Of a DNA stretch of 64,000 nt, positions 18,195 through 28,020 are shown in pieces; positions within the stretch are counted from its first letter, which is position 1; each line of letters opens with the position of its first letter. Source of the stretch: Candidatus Omnitrophota bacterium (lineage in GTDB: Bacteria; Omnitrophota; Gorgyraeia; B26-G9). Location of the stretch: positions 3,354 through 67,353 of the forward strand of contig JBDRJV010000007.1 of NCBI GenBank assembly GCA_043814605.1, written 5' to 3'. The translations under genes and the position numbers were made by a program. The notes under the pieces were generated by a model. The model was given only the letters and a program-made list of their open reading frames with translations, did not search any database and was not told the origin of the DNA.

Positions 18195-19007
18195 ATGAGA
18201 AAAATATTCAAGAATAAATTAGCAATTTCAGGAGCAATGATTATTATTCTCATGAGCTTGTTGGCAATTTTTGCTCCCTTTATCAGCCGGTATAGTCCCC
18301 AGGAAATTAATGTTGGCAAAAACCTTATGGCTCCTACATCTGAACATATTTTGGGTACAGATAGATTAGGCCGGGATTTATTCAGTCGGATGGCGTACGG
18401 GGCGCGAATATCTTTATCAGTAGGTTTTATTGCCGTAGGGATTTCTGTGATTCTGGGAATTTTTTTTGGCGCCATTGCCGGCTATTACGGAGGAATTTTA
18501 GATCAACTAATTATGCGTTTTGTGGATATCATGCTTTGTTTTCCCAAATTTCTTCTTATTTTATCCATGATTGTAATGCTTGATCCGAGTATTTATATTA
18601 TTATGTTTGTGATTGGCGTTACAAGCTGGATGGGAGTGGCACGTTTAGTCCGGGCAGAAATTTTAAGTTTAAAAGAACGAGATTTTATTCTCGCAGCCCG
18701 CGCTTGTGGTGTCTCCCACACAAAAATTATCATGCGCCACCTTGTGCCTAATGCTATTGGGCCGGTGATTGTGAGTGCAACTTTAGGTGTGGCCGCTGCA
18801 ATTTTAGTTGAATCGAGTTTAAGTTTTTTAGGTATTGGGGTGCAGCCGCCAACTCCGAGCTGGGGCAATATCCTGATGGATGCAAAGTCATGCTTAGGGG
18901 TGGCTTGGTGGATGACTTTTTTCCCGGGTTTGGCAATTTTTATTACTGTTTTAGGGTATAATTTATTAGGTGAGGGGCTAAGGGATGTGCTGATATCCCG
19001 GAAGTAG
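18195..19007 (+). CDS. oppC: Peptide/nickel ABC transporter permease
   Basis: LGTDRLGRD, ESSLSFLGIG.QPPTPSWG, GEGLRD. Confidence 0.9.
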   Translation: MRKIFKNKLAISGAMIIILMSLLAIFAPFISRYSPQEINVGKNLMAPTSEHILGTDRLGRDLFSRMAYGARISLSVGFIAVGISVILGIFFGAIAGYYGGILDQLIMRFVDIMLCFPKFLLILSMIVMLDPSIYIIMFVIGVTSWMGVARLVRAEILSLKERDFILAARACGVSHTKIIMRHLVPNAIGPVIVSATLGVAAAILVESSLSFLGIGVQPPTPSWGNILMDAKSCLGVAWWMTFFPGLAIFITVLGYNLLGEGLRDVLISRK

Positions 19008-19137
19008 CGAATAGCATAAAACAGCGGATTACTTATAGTCCACAGTTAACAGTCGGCAGACCACAGGTAAAGGGATAAAGGATAAAGAAAAAAAGCAGTT
19101 ATGAGTGATGAATGATAAATTACAAGTAAAAAGCAGG
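19005..19137 (+). repeat. Stacked 7-bp arrays between oppC and oppD
   Basis: tagcgaa tagcata; tagtcca cagttaa cagtcgg cagacca; aagggat aaaggat; gttatga gtgatga atgataa attacaa gtaaaaagc. Confidence 0.8.
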
Positions 19138-19178
19138 AAAAACTAAAACATTTCAGTAACCATTATTAAATTTTTATT

Positions 19179-20153
19179 ATGCAAAGAATACTCGAGGTTA
19201 AAAATTTAAAAACTTGTTTTTATCAGGATGATCAGAAATTTGTTGTGGTTGATGATGTTTCTTTTTCTCTGGATGAAAATACTGTATTAGGTATTGTCGG
19301 CGAATCTGGCTGTGGAAAAACAATCACGGCTTTATCCCTGACAAAACTTTTACCTGATCGTGATTGTAAAATTATTGCGGGCACAGTTAACTTTAAAGGG
19401 GAAAATATTCTTGGGTTTGAAAGCAAGGAGCTGCGCAAAATTAGGGGTAAACAAATAAGTTATATATTTCAGGAGCCATCAACCTCACTTAATCCGGTAT
19501 TGTCAATTAATGAACAAATGAAGGAAGTGGTGCTTTTACACCGGCCGGATATAGAACAAAAATCGATTGACCAATTTTTGGTAAATCAATTGGAAAATGT
19601 GGGGATAAAACCAGCGCGAGATAAATTGAATGCTTATGCCCATCAATTATCCGGGGGCCAAAAACAAAGAGTGATGATTGCCATGGCTTTAATCAGCCAG
19701 CCGCAACTTTTGATTGCCGATGAACCAACAACTGCCTTAGATGTAACAGTTCAGGCTCAGATTTTAGAATTAATTACCGAGCTTAAAGCTAAACTTAAAC
19801 TTTCCATTATATTTATCAGCCATGACCTGGATGTTATTGCTCAGGTGTCTGATTATATTGCGGTAATGTACACCGGTGAAATTGTGGAACTTGCCCCCAC
19901 CCTTGAATTAATAAAAAATCCTAACCACCCCTACACGCAAGGATTACTGGCTTGTTTGGCCAAAGCACAGGTTAATCAACAAAAAAAACTTAAGGTAATT
20001 GACGGCCAAGTGCCGCAGCCGGGAACTCTGCTGTGTGGATGTTCCTTCTTTCCGCGTTGCGCTCAGGCTATGGCACGTTGTCAAAAAGAAAAACCTGAGC
20101 TTCGTAAATTTGGTGTTAATCAGGAGGTCCGCTGTTGGCTATACTCAAGTTGA
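19179..20153 (+). CDS. oppD: Peptide ABC transporter ATPase
   Basis: [25 protein letters not shown]-terminal Cys motif. Confidence 0.9.
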   Translation: MQRILEVKNLKTCFYQDDQKFVVVDDVSFSLDENTVLGIVGESGCGKTITALSLTKLLPDRDCKIIAGTVNFKGENILGFESKELRKIRGKQISYIFQEPSTSLNPVLSINEQMKEVVLLHRPDIEQKSIDQFLVNQLENVGIKPARDKLNAYAHQLSGGQKQRVMIAMALISQPQLLIADEPTTALDVTVQAQILELITELKAKLKLSIIFISHDLDVIAQVSDYIAVMYTGEIVELAPTLELIKNPNHPYTQGLLACLAKAQVNQQKKLKVIDGQVPQPGTLLCGCSFFPRCAQAMARCQKEKPELRKFGVNQEVRCWLYSS

Positions 20154-20947
20154 AAAATATACATAAACATTATAAATTACAGAAAACTATTTTTTCTAAA
20201 AGTAAATTTATTAAAGCTGTGCATAATGTTTCTTTTGAGATAGAACAGGGAGAAACTCTCGGATTAGTGGGAGAATCAGGCTGTGGCAAGTCGACTTTAG
20301 CCAAAATCATTCTGAAATTAATTGATGCCACAGAAGGTGATATTTTTCTGGAAAATATAAATATTACACGGCTCAAGAATGAAGCATTTCGTCCTTTACG
20401 TAAACAACTGCAGATTGTTTTCCAGGATCCCTACAGCAGCCTTTCTCCCGGGCTTAAAATAAAAGATATTATCAGCGAAGGATTGATAGCATTTAAATTT
20501 GAAAAATCTCAAATAGTAAACAGAGTAAATGAATTAATTCATCAAGTTGGCCTAACCCCAGAACATTTAAATCGTTTACCGCATCAGTTAAGCGGCGGAG
20601 AACGCCAGCGTGTGGGCATTGCACGGGCTATAGCAATAAATCCTAAACTAATTGTGCTGGATGAGGCAGTATCGAGTTTAGACTTGTCAATTCAGGCGCA
20701 AATTTTAAATTTACTGGTTGATTTACAAAAAAAATATAATTTAACTTATCTTTTTATTGCGCATAATTTACATGTGGTGCGTTTTATCAGTGACAGAATC
20801 GCAGTTATGTATCAAGGGGAAATTGTGGAGACAGGAAAAACAGAAGGTATCTGGCGTAATCCCCAACATCCCTACACAAAGCGCTTACTGAGCAGTATGC
20901 CATCAATGGAGAAGAAAAAAGCGAAGGACGAAGGACGAAAAAAATAA
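20135..20947 (+). CDS. oppF: Peptide ABC transporter ATPase
   Basis: GESGCGKS, LSGGE, HPYT. Confidence 0.9.
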   Translation: MAILKLKNIHKHYKLQKTIFSKSKFIKAVHNVSFEIEQGETLGLVGESGCGKSTLAKIILKLIDATEGDIFLENINITRLKNEAFRPLRKQLQIVFQDPYSSLSPGLKIKDIISEGLIAFKFEKSQIVNRVNELIHQVGLTPEHLNRLPHQLSGGERQRVGIARAIAINPKLIVLDEAVSSLDLSIQAQILNLLVDLQKKYNLTYLFIAHNLHVVRFISDRIAVMYQGEIVETGKTEGIWRNPQHPYTKRLLSSMPSMEKKKAKDEGRKK

Positions 20948-21256
20948 AAAAAGTTATAAATTATAAGTGATGTGTGATAAATTAAAAGCTAAAAACTAAG
21001 AGCTAAATGCTAAATTGGCTAACAGCTGATAGTAAAAGCGAAAAAAGCAAAAAATTGGACGTAGATGGACGCAGATTAGCAGGATTAGAGCAGATTGAAA
21101 GAAATTTTCTGATAATCTAGTGCTCTGTTTGCAACAGAGAATGCTAATTTTAAAAAACCAATAAAAAACAAAAATAAATTTTTATGTTTTAATCTGTGTG
21201 AACCAGTGTAAATCTGTGTCCTATGAATAAAGAGAGAATCAGTGTTCATCCGTGTA
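20920..21256 (+). repeat. 7-bp arrays followed by inverted 9-10-bp arrays (..CAGATT / AATCTGTGT)
   Basis: gaaggac x2; agttata aattata agtgatg; taaaagc taaaaac taagagc taaatgc; ggacgtagat ggacgcagatt ... aatctgtgt aaccagtgt aatctgtgt. Confidence 0.8.
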
Positions 21257-21371
21257 CTATTAAACTTTGGTGTTTTTTTCTGTTTGCCCTGAGATTTTGT
21301 CAAAGGGGCTCATTAGAGATTAATCGAGTTTTTGTTCTAATCCTGCAAATCTTGTCAAAAAAGGAAATAAA

Positions 21372-22481
21372 ATGTTTGAATTTTTCGAAAGTAAAGAATT
21401 TCTCAAGTATAAACAGGAAAAGATTTTTGCCAAAATAAAAGAGCAGATTAAAACTCTGGCCATATATAAAGGCGGCGGGGGTTTGGGAGATTTAGTGGTT
21501 GCCAACCCATTATTTGCCAGTTTTAAAAAAGCGTTTCCCGATGCTAAAATAATGTATCTGGGTACAGTTTACCCGCGTTTTAAGAAAATATTCAAAGCAA
21601 TTAAAGCAATTGATGGGTACATTGATTTTAAGCGGCCAGACAGAGGTAAATCAAAAAAAGAATATCTTGAGTTTAGAAAAAATAATTTAGGCAAAATCGA
21701 TTTACTCATAGATACACAACGCCGTTGGGAGACCAGTTTTTGGCTAAAAAAGCTAAACCCTAGATATATGCTTAGTGCCAGTGTGTTTCTCTCTGATTGG
21801 AAAATGCCGAGGTTAAATTACAAGAAAATGCATATCCTAGAACAGATGTTGAGTTTACCGGCTCGATTAGGCATAAATAATTTTTCTCAATGGGGGGATG
21901 CAGATTGCAGTTTAAATATTGACTCTGAATACAAAGAAAATGCGGCAAAAATATTAAAAGGATATAAAGGTAAATTTATGGCTTTAATGCCGAGTTGCGG
22001 GATGCAGTTTAAAAACTGGATGCCGGAAAATTTTGCAAAATTAGGGGATTTATTTGCAAATTATGGATATATGGTTATAATATTAGGCAGTCCGCAGGAG
22101 CTGAATCTTTATAAGCAAATTGCCGCAAACATGAAACAGAGGAGTATTATCCCCGGTTTAATTGATTTAGAGTTTGCACAGGAATTAATGAATGATGCGG
22201 CAATTTTAAAACAATGTGAAATTGCCGTGGGTAATGATTCTGGAGGAATGCATTTAGCAAGTTGTTTAGGAAGTTTGTGTGCAACTGTTTTTGGTCCGAC
22301 AACGCCGCGTAAATTTGCTCCGATTGGACCACGTAACATAGTTTTTTATGAAAACATGCAATGTTCACCTTGCCGTTTTAAATGCTCAAGAAAAATAGAA
22401 AGAGAATGTTTAAGACGGATTACTCCGGAGCAGGTTTTTACTGCATGTATAAATAAACTGAAAAGCCAGAAAGAGGATTAG
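21372..22481 (+). CDS. Glycosyltransferase family 9 (heptosyltransferase-like)
   Basis: GLGDLV, KNW...NF, VGNDSGGMHLA, VFGPT, CSPC. Confidence 0.9.
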   Translation: MFEFFESKEFLKYKQEKIFAKIKEQIKTLAIYKGGGGLGDLVVANPLFASFKKAFPDAKIMYLGTVYPRFKKIFKAIKAIDGYIDFKRPDRGKSKKEYLEFRKNNLGKIDLLIDTQRRWETSFWLKKLNPRYMLSASVFLSDWKMPRLNYKKMHILEQMLSLPARLGINNFSQWGDADCSLNIDSEYKENAAKILKGYKGKFMALMPSCGMQFKNWMPENFAKLGDLFANYGYMVIILGSPQELNLYKQIAANMKQRSIIPGLIDLEFAQELMNDAAILKQCEIAVGNDSGGMHLASCLGSLCATVFGPTTPRKFAPIGPRNIVFYENMQCSPCRFKCSRKIERECLRRITPEQVFTACINKLKSQKED

Positions 22482-22483
22482 AA

Positions 22484-23260
22484 ATGTCAGAAAAGCTGCC
22501 AATCAGTATTGTGATTATCACCTGCAATGTTGCGGCGAATATAAAGGAATGCTTAGAATCTGTAAAATGGGCGGATGAAATAGTAATTGTGGATAATCAT
22601 TCTACAGATAAAACATTAGATATTGCCCAAGCATACACAAAAAGCATTTACCATGATACTTGGGATAGGGAAGGTTCAATTCGTAATCGGGCTTACAAAA
22701 AAGCGAAAAATGAATGGGTTCTGACTTTAGATCCGGATGAACGTGTGAGTGATCAGTTAAAAGAGCAAATTAAAGATTTTATATCTCAGGGCACAGAGTT
22801 TAATGCTTTTTCTGTTTCGATGAGGAATATTTTTGGCCGTAAATTTTGGATAAAAAACGGCGGTTGGTATCCGGCAAGCCGCATAAAAATATTTAAAAAA
22901 AGTAAGTTTTATTATGAAGATGCAGAAATCCATCCCCGCGCATATCTTGACGGTAAAGAAGGGAGATTAACCGGGGAGATTATTCATTATTGCTATGATG
23001 ATTTTACGCAAGTTGTATCTAAAATGAATGTGCAGAGCACGCTGGAAGCAGAAAAATGGATTCGGGATAAACGTAAAATGAGTTTCAGTATTGCATTAAT
23101 CAGAACTTTTTCCCGGTTTTTTAAGATGTATTTGCAGAAAAATGGCTACAAAGATGGGATGGTAGGTTTTATGATGGCTTGGCAATGGGCAACCTATCAG
23201 TTGCTTAGTTACGCAAAATATTGGTTAATAAAAAATATGCGCAATAGTAATGATGCTTAA
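22484..23260 (+). CDS. Glycosyltransferase family 2 (WaaE/KdtX-like)
   Basis: ISIVII, ECLESV.WADEIVIVD..STD.T, LDPDER, GYKDG. Confidence 0.9.
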   Translation: MSEKLPISIVIITCNVAANIKECLESVKWADEIVIVDNHSTDKTLDIAQAYTKSIYHDTWDREGSIRNRAYKKAKNEWVLTLDPDERVSDQLKEQIKDFISQGTEFNAFSVSMRNIFGRKFWIKNGGWYPASRIKIFKKSKFYYEDAEIHPRAYLDGKEGRLTGEIIHYCYDDFTQVVSKMNVQSTLEAEKWIRDKRKMSFSIALIRTFSRFFKMYLQKNGYKDGMVGFMMAWQWATYQLLSYAKYWLIKNMRNSNDA

Positions 23261-23409
23261 AATAAAAGCTAAAAAAAGTTTTGATAATGTTGAGTTAAAA
23301 AACTGTAATTAGATTCAAAATTTTAATAAATACTATTTACTGCATAATATTGCCGCGACCATTATCTATCCGGATAATTTTTTTAATTCAAGAAAGATTA
23401 TGAAAAAAA

Positions 23410-23934
23410 ATGATTGAATTATACATTCTCCTTTTGATTATGATTATCGCTTCAATTGCGGCGCTGGAAGTTAACGATTTGCTTTCTTCTGTGGTTGTAA
23501 TTGGTGCGGTAGGGTTATGTTTAAGTGTCGGATTTTTGCTTTTAAAAGCTCCGGATTTAGCAATTACACAATTGATTGTAGAAATTGTGCTGGTAACAAT
23601 CCTGCTCAGAGCTACATTGACACAGGATCAACATTGTTTTAAAAATAAAAGAGATTTTTATAAACTATTCTTAGTTATTCTGTTAATTAGTTTATTCTTG
23701 TCGGCTGCGTACGTTGTGATTAATGACCTGCCTATTTTTGGCAAACCTTTAATGCGTGCAAGTGAAACTTATTTAATGCAGGAATTAAAAAATAAAAAAG
23801 TTACTAATTTGGTATGTTTAATCAATCTAAAGTACATGATTTTAGACACATTTGGGGCAATGGTTACGTTATTCAGCTGTGTAATCAGCGTTATTTTATT
23901 GAGCCGAAAAAATCCAGAGGAGGATGATTTTTGA
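23410..23934 (+). CDS. Mrp/Mbh-type subunit (DUF4040 + MnhB N-terminal part), divergent
   Basis: APDLAITQLIVE motif; TM pattern; operon context. Confidence 0.8.
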   Translation: MIELYILLLIMIIASIAALEVNDLLSSVVVIGAVGLCLSVGFLLLKAPDLAITQLIVEIVLVTILLRATLTQDQHCFKNKRDFYKLFLVILLISLFLSAAYVVINDLPIFGKPLMRASETYLMQELKNKKVTNLVCLINLKYMILDTFGAMVTLFSCVISVILLSRKNPEEDDF

Positions 23935-24419
23935 AAAAAGAAAATCTAAACACAAAGCAAAAAACAGCAGATATGAACACAGAGAAAGGCATGAGCATTA
24001 TTATTAAGACAATTACCCGAATAACTGTGGGAATACTTTTTCTTTATGGAGTGAATATGGTTTTACATGGGAATATTAATCCGGGGGCAGGATTTGCCGG
24101 AGGCGGGATTATTGCCTTGGCTTTTATTAATTTAATTTTAGCTTTTGGCAAGGATGCGGCATTAGAAAAACTGAACCACACCGGGGCGGGAATTATTGCG
24201 GGATTAGGTTTATTTATGTTTTTAGTTTTGAGCATTATTGGTTTCTACGAAGACAGCTTTATCAAATATTTTAAACAGGACAACACATTGATTACAGAAT
24301 TTATGGCGGGAAGCAGGGTTACATTATTTAATATTAGTATTTGTGTGGAAGTCGGAGTAGGAATTTTTGCAATTTTTTTTAGCTTAATTACTTTAAAAAT
24401 TATCGAGGGCAGGAAATGA
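23931..24419 (+). CDS. mnhB: Na+/H+ antiporter subunit B-like
   Basis: KGMSIIIKT, HG..NPGAGFAGG. Confidence 0.8.
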   Translation: MKKENLNTKQKTADMNTEKGMSIIIKTITRITVGILFLYGVNMVLHGNINPGAGFAGGGIIALAFINLILAFGKDAALEKLNHTGAGIIAGLGLFMFLVLSIIGFYEDSFIKYFKQDNTLITEFMAGSRVTLFNISICVEVGVGIFAIFFSLITLKIIEGRK

Positions 24420-24742
24420 TATACTTTTTATGTTTTGTTCTGTTTTGCGTAGGAATATACGGGTTGTTGATAAAGAAAAATATTATCAAATTAATCATAA
24501 GTTTAATTATTATTAATTATTCAATTCATATTTTTCTGATCCTGATCGGGTTTAGATGGCAGGGGGCAGCGCCGGTACTCGAAACCGGGGGCAAATTAAC
24601 GCTTATTGTGGATCCTTTGCCGCAAGCAATTGTTCTGGTTTTGCTAATTGTGAATATGTCGGCAATAGCATTATTAATTGCCGTAGCGATGAAGCTTTAC
24701 CAGAAATTTAAAACATTTAATATTAAAGAAATGAAAAATTAA
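24416..24742 (+). CDS. mnhC: Na+/H+ antiporter subunit C-like
   Basis: NIIKLII, VDPLPQA. Confidence 0.85.
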   Translation: MIYFLCFVLFCVGIYGLLIKKNIIKLIISLIIINYSIHIFLILIGFRWQGAAPVLETGGKLTLIVDPLPQAIVLVLLIVNMSAIALLIAVAMKLYQKFKTFNIKEMKN

Positions 24743-24747
24743 AACAA

Positions 24748-26265
24748 ATGCAATTATTACCTTTATTTATAATCATCCCTGTATTGGCCAGTTTAATCAC
24801 GGCAATTATTGCGCGTCAGAATAATAAAATTGCTGATTTTATTTGTTTTTTAGCCGGAATATCCTTATGGGGATTATCAGTATATTTGCTTATTGTTTTT
24901 AAAAATCAGGCGTTGCTTGTTTTTGCGCAAAGCAGATGGGGGTGGTCGGAAGGAGTTTTATTAGTCGCAGATGGGTTAAGCATAGTTTTATTAAGCATGG
25001 TTTATTTTTTATTTATGAGTATGTTCATATATAATTTTAGATTCCTAAAGGCAGCGGAACAAAGATGGGGATATCACGTAATAGTTTTATTATTGTTAAC
25101 CGGCATTAACGGAGTATTAATAGCGGCAGATATATTTACAATGTATGTTTTTCTGGAAGTCGCGGTTATTGCTTCTTATGCTTTGGTAATTTTTAGAAAT
25201 AAAACAAGAGCATTTTTGAGTTTTTTTAAATATATGGTTACGGGAATATTTGCTTCGGCTTTAATTTTAATGGCAATTGCGGTTTGTTATAGTTATGTGG
25301 CTACCTTAAACATGGCGGAAATCTCGCGTCAAATATCAATACGCGCTGTAAATAGTAATCTTTTATCTGAGAATCCCGTAGTTTGTTTCATGGGAATTTT
25401 ATTTGCTTTAGGTATTGGCTTAAAAACAGGGTTGATTCCTTTTTTAAGTTCGATTTCTAATATCCAGGTGCAAACGAAAACTCCGGCAACAAATATACTT
25501 TCCGTCCTTTTCCTGCCGGTGATTGGAATATACCTTTTTCTGCGGATATTTTTCAATGTACTTATGTTAGGAACAGAATTTTCTAATTTTATTATTTTTT
25601 GGGCAGTTATGTTAATATTCACAGGCATAATTCGGGCGATGTTTAAAAATAATTTTAAGGAAGTTTTAGCTTGCGTTTATATTACAGAAATTGGTATTTG
25701 CTTATTAGCTATCGGTATTGGCAACCTGCTGACAATTACGGCTGGGTTAATGCATCTTTTTCATTATATGATTAACCGGGCTGTTTTAAATTCTTATGCG
25801 GGTATTTTTGAATATACACAGGGAACTACAGATTTTATTCTGATAAAAGGTTTTAAAGTTAAAATGCCGGTAATCGCAATCACTTCGCTGATTGGGAGTT
25901 TTTCATTTGTGGGTATTCCTCCGTTTTCTGGCTTTTGGACAAAGGCTGCAATTGTGGCCGGAGCAGAGCAAGCGGGTTTTCAGTGGGCCCTGCCGTTTAT
26001 GGTAATTGTAAGTTTAGGGAGTTTTATTATTTTTTTTAAAGTCCAATCCCGCATATTTTTTAATTTTAATAAAAATAATGAAAAGCTGCCTTCCCGGCAA
26101 GGAATACCTTTGCTTATGAAAACTGCAATGGTTATCTTAGCTTTTGTATCTTTATTAATTAATGTTTTGTGGTTAATCCCAGAGGAAGAAATGTTTTTAA
26201 CTCCCATTGCGAAAACGATCAAAAACAGTAAGGATTATGCAAGCCGTATCATGGATATATTTTAA
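24748..26265 (+). CDS. mnhD: Na+/H+ antiporter subunit D-like, divergent
   Basis: ADGLS, DIFTMYVFLE, FKY, GIPPFSGFWTK; about 14 TM. Confidence 0.85.
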   Translation: MQLLPLFIIIPVLASLITAIIARQNNKIADFICFLAGISLWGLSVYLLIVFKNQALLVFAQSRWGWSEGVLLVADGLSIVLLSMVYFLFMSMFIYNFRFLKAAEQRWGYHVIVLLLLTGINGVLIAADIFTMYVFLEVAVIASYALVIFRNKTRAFLSFFKYMVTGIFASALILMAIAVCYSYVATLNMAEISRQISIRAVNSNLLSENPVVCFMGILFALGIGLKTGLIPFLSSISNIQVQTKTPATNILSVLFLPVIGIYLFLRIFFNVLMLGTEFSNFIIFWAVMLIFTGIIRAMFKNNFKEVLACVYITEIGICLLAIGIGNLLTITAGLMHLFHYMINRAVLNSYAGIFEYTQGTTDFILIKGFKVKMPVIAITSLIGSFSFVGIPPFSGFWTKAAIVAGAEQAGFQWALPFMVIVSLGSFIIFFKVQSRIFFNFNKNNEKLPSRQGIPLLMKTAMVILAFVSLLINVLWLIPEEEMFLTPIAKTIKNSKDYASRIMDIF

Positions 26266-26759
26266 TGAAAAGAAAAACAGTTTTGTTTATAATTTGTGTT
26301 CTAATTTGGTGCGGATTAAATTGGCCAATCAATCGGAAATGGTTAATTATCGGCTTGGGAGTGAGCACGATTATTGCTTTAGGCTCAGGTGATATTTTTA
26401 TCCGGCGCCCCCATATTTTAATTCATTTTAAAAGATATTTTTGGCTGATTTACTATTTAGCTTTTCTTTCAACTCAAATAATAAAAGCTAATATTTATAT
26501 TATTTATTGTCTTTGCCAGCCGGCTTTATCACTGCATCCGGGGATTGTAAAAGTTAAAACAAGAATAAGAAGTGAAATGGGTCTGACTGTTTTGGCTAAT
26601 TCGATAACTTTTTCCACAGGAACTTGCGTTGTTGATATCGATAACGCTAATGGATATATATATGTACATTGGATGGATGTTAAAAGTCAAAGTATAAAAC
26701 CGGCAACTGAACTGATTGTTGAGAAATTCGAAAAAATATTAAGAGAGGTGTTTGATTAA
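26265..26759 (+). CDS. mnhE: Na+/H+ antiporter subunit E-like
   Basis: IKAN, PGIVKV, LANSIT, YVHW. Confidence 0.85.
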   Translation: MKRKTVLFIICVLIWCGLNWPINRKWLIIGLGVSTIIALGSGDIFIRRPHILIHFKRYFWLIYYLAFLSTQIIKANIYIIYCLCQPALSLHPGIVKVKTRIRSEMGLTVLANSITFSTGTCVVDIDNANGYIYVHWMDVKSQSIKPATELIVEKFEKILREVFD

Positions 26760-26763
26760 TAAA

Positions 26764-27117
26764 ATGGTTGAAGATAAAATAGGGCAAAGAATTTATTGGT
26801 TAATGGGAATAATATTTTTAAGCTTAATGCTGATTGCTACGTTTTTATTATTTCCCTATTTTTTAGAACGGGCTTTATTTTTTCTTTTGATTTGTTGTTT
26901 ATTTGTTCTGATGCGAATGCTTATCGGGCCGGGAGCATGCCAAAGAATAGTTGCGGTAACAATCATTAGCATGCTGATTATCGGATTTTGCGGCATTCTC
27001 GCGTTCTTTACCCAAAAGAACTGGTATATTGATATTGCTTTAGTTTGGGTTTTTCAGTCTTTTATTGCCACACTTACTTTTGCAAAATTTCTCGAAGGAA
27101 AAAGATTTGATGATTAA
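26764..27117 (+). CDS. mnhF: Na+/H+ antiporter subunit F-like
   Basis: R.LIGP, YIDIAL, SFIATL.FAKFLEG. Confidence 0.8.
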   Translation: MVEDKIGQRIYWLMGIIFLSLMLIATFLLFPYFLERALFFLLICCLFVLMRMLIGPGACQRIVAVTIISMLIIGFCGILAFFTQKNWYIDIALVWVFQSFIATLTFAKFLEGKRFDD

Positions 27118-27145
27118 ATGATTATTGTAAAGCAGGAAGGAAGTT

Positions 27146-27493
27146 ATGATTGAATTAGGAAAAATATTTTTAATTTTAGGGTTGATATTTGATTTGATCG
27201 GAACAATTAGTTTAATGCGCATGCCGGATATTTATAGCCAATTACAAAGCGCGGCAAAAAGTGTAACCTTAGGGACTTGCTTGATTCTCTTTGGTGTGTT
27301 TTTAAGCCGGGGGATGAGTAGCGCTGGGTTCAAAACACTTTTGGTCCTGGGGTTTTTAATCCTGATCAGTCCTGTTTCTGTACATGCTTTAGCACGGGGA
27401 ATTCATAAAAGCCGAAACATAAACCTTAAAAACTATGTATGTGATCAATACCATGATGATCAATTAAGGAAAAAAGATAACATTTCTAATTAG
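27146..27493 (+). CDS. mnhG: Na+/H+ antiporter subunit G-like
   Basis: RMPDIY, K.VTLG, PVSVHALAR. Confidence 0.85.
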   Translation: MIELGKIFLILGLIFDLIGTISLMRMPDIYSQLQSAAKSVTLGTCLILFGVFLSRGMSSAGFKTLLVLGFLILISPVSVHALARGIHKSRNINLKNYVCDQYHDDQLRKKDNISN

Positions 27494-27555
27494 TTACTAT
27501 TAAATAAGTTATAACATAATAGTAATTATTTATGAATTTTTAGCAATTTATACAT

Positions 27556-27653
27556 CCGCGGCCTAAAACCGCTCCCATTTATGGCGCGGATAAAAGGAGG
27601 CCGCTTGAGTATTCCAGGCCAGGAACACGGGCTTTAGCCCGTGAGGGGGTCCA
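27556..27653. mobile_element. Non-autonomous IS200/IS605-end or REP-like remnant
   Basis: GC-rich island with hairpins CCGCTCCCATTTATGGCGCGG and CACGGGCTTTAGCCCGTG, resembling IS605-family subterminal palindromes. Confidence 0.6.
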
Positions 27654-27777
27654 TTAGGCAAAATTATATATTTTGCCCAGTTGCTTTTTTGATTAAAACT
27701 GGTAAAATTAAGAACTTAAACAGATTAATTTGTTTAAGTTCTTAGATACCTATAATTTATTTTAAAAAAGGATAAAT

Positions 27778-28020
27778 ATGCACGAAATGGGGATAGCGCA
27801 GGAAGTTTTTAAATCTGTTTTACTGGAACTGAAGGACTATGAATATAAAAAAATTAATAAAATTGTCCTGGAAGTTGGTGAATATAATTTAATTGAGCCA
27901 GAGTCTCTTCAAAATGCGTTTAGGCTGATTGCAGAAAACTCCCGGGCAAATAATGCTATCCTTGAAATAAAACAAATCCCGGGAATGGAAATAAAAATAA
28001 TACACATTGATGCAGAGTAA
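27778..28020 (+). CDS. hypA: Hydrogenase nickel chaperone HypA lacking the zinc-finger domain
   Basis: N-terminal MHE, VGE...IEPESLQ.AF, G.EI.I..I.AE; no Cys. Confidence 0.85.
   Translation: MHEMGIAQEVFKSVLLELKDYEYKKINKIVLEVGEYNLIEPESLQNAFRLIAENSRANNAILEIKQIPGMEIKIIHIDAE

Noticed and set aside
21085-21505. Three short ORFs (21085-21303, 21223-21438, 21320-21505)
   Set aside because: Overlap the repeat element or the GT9 gene; no recognisable motifs
23931-23990. ACACA-type repeats in the mnhB 5' end
   Set aside because: Only two or three loose units; could be chance or a start-codon choice issue
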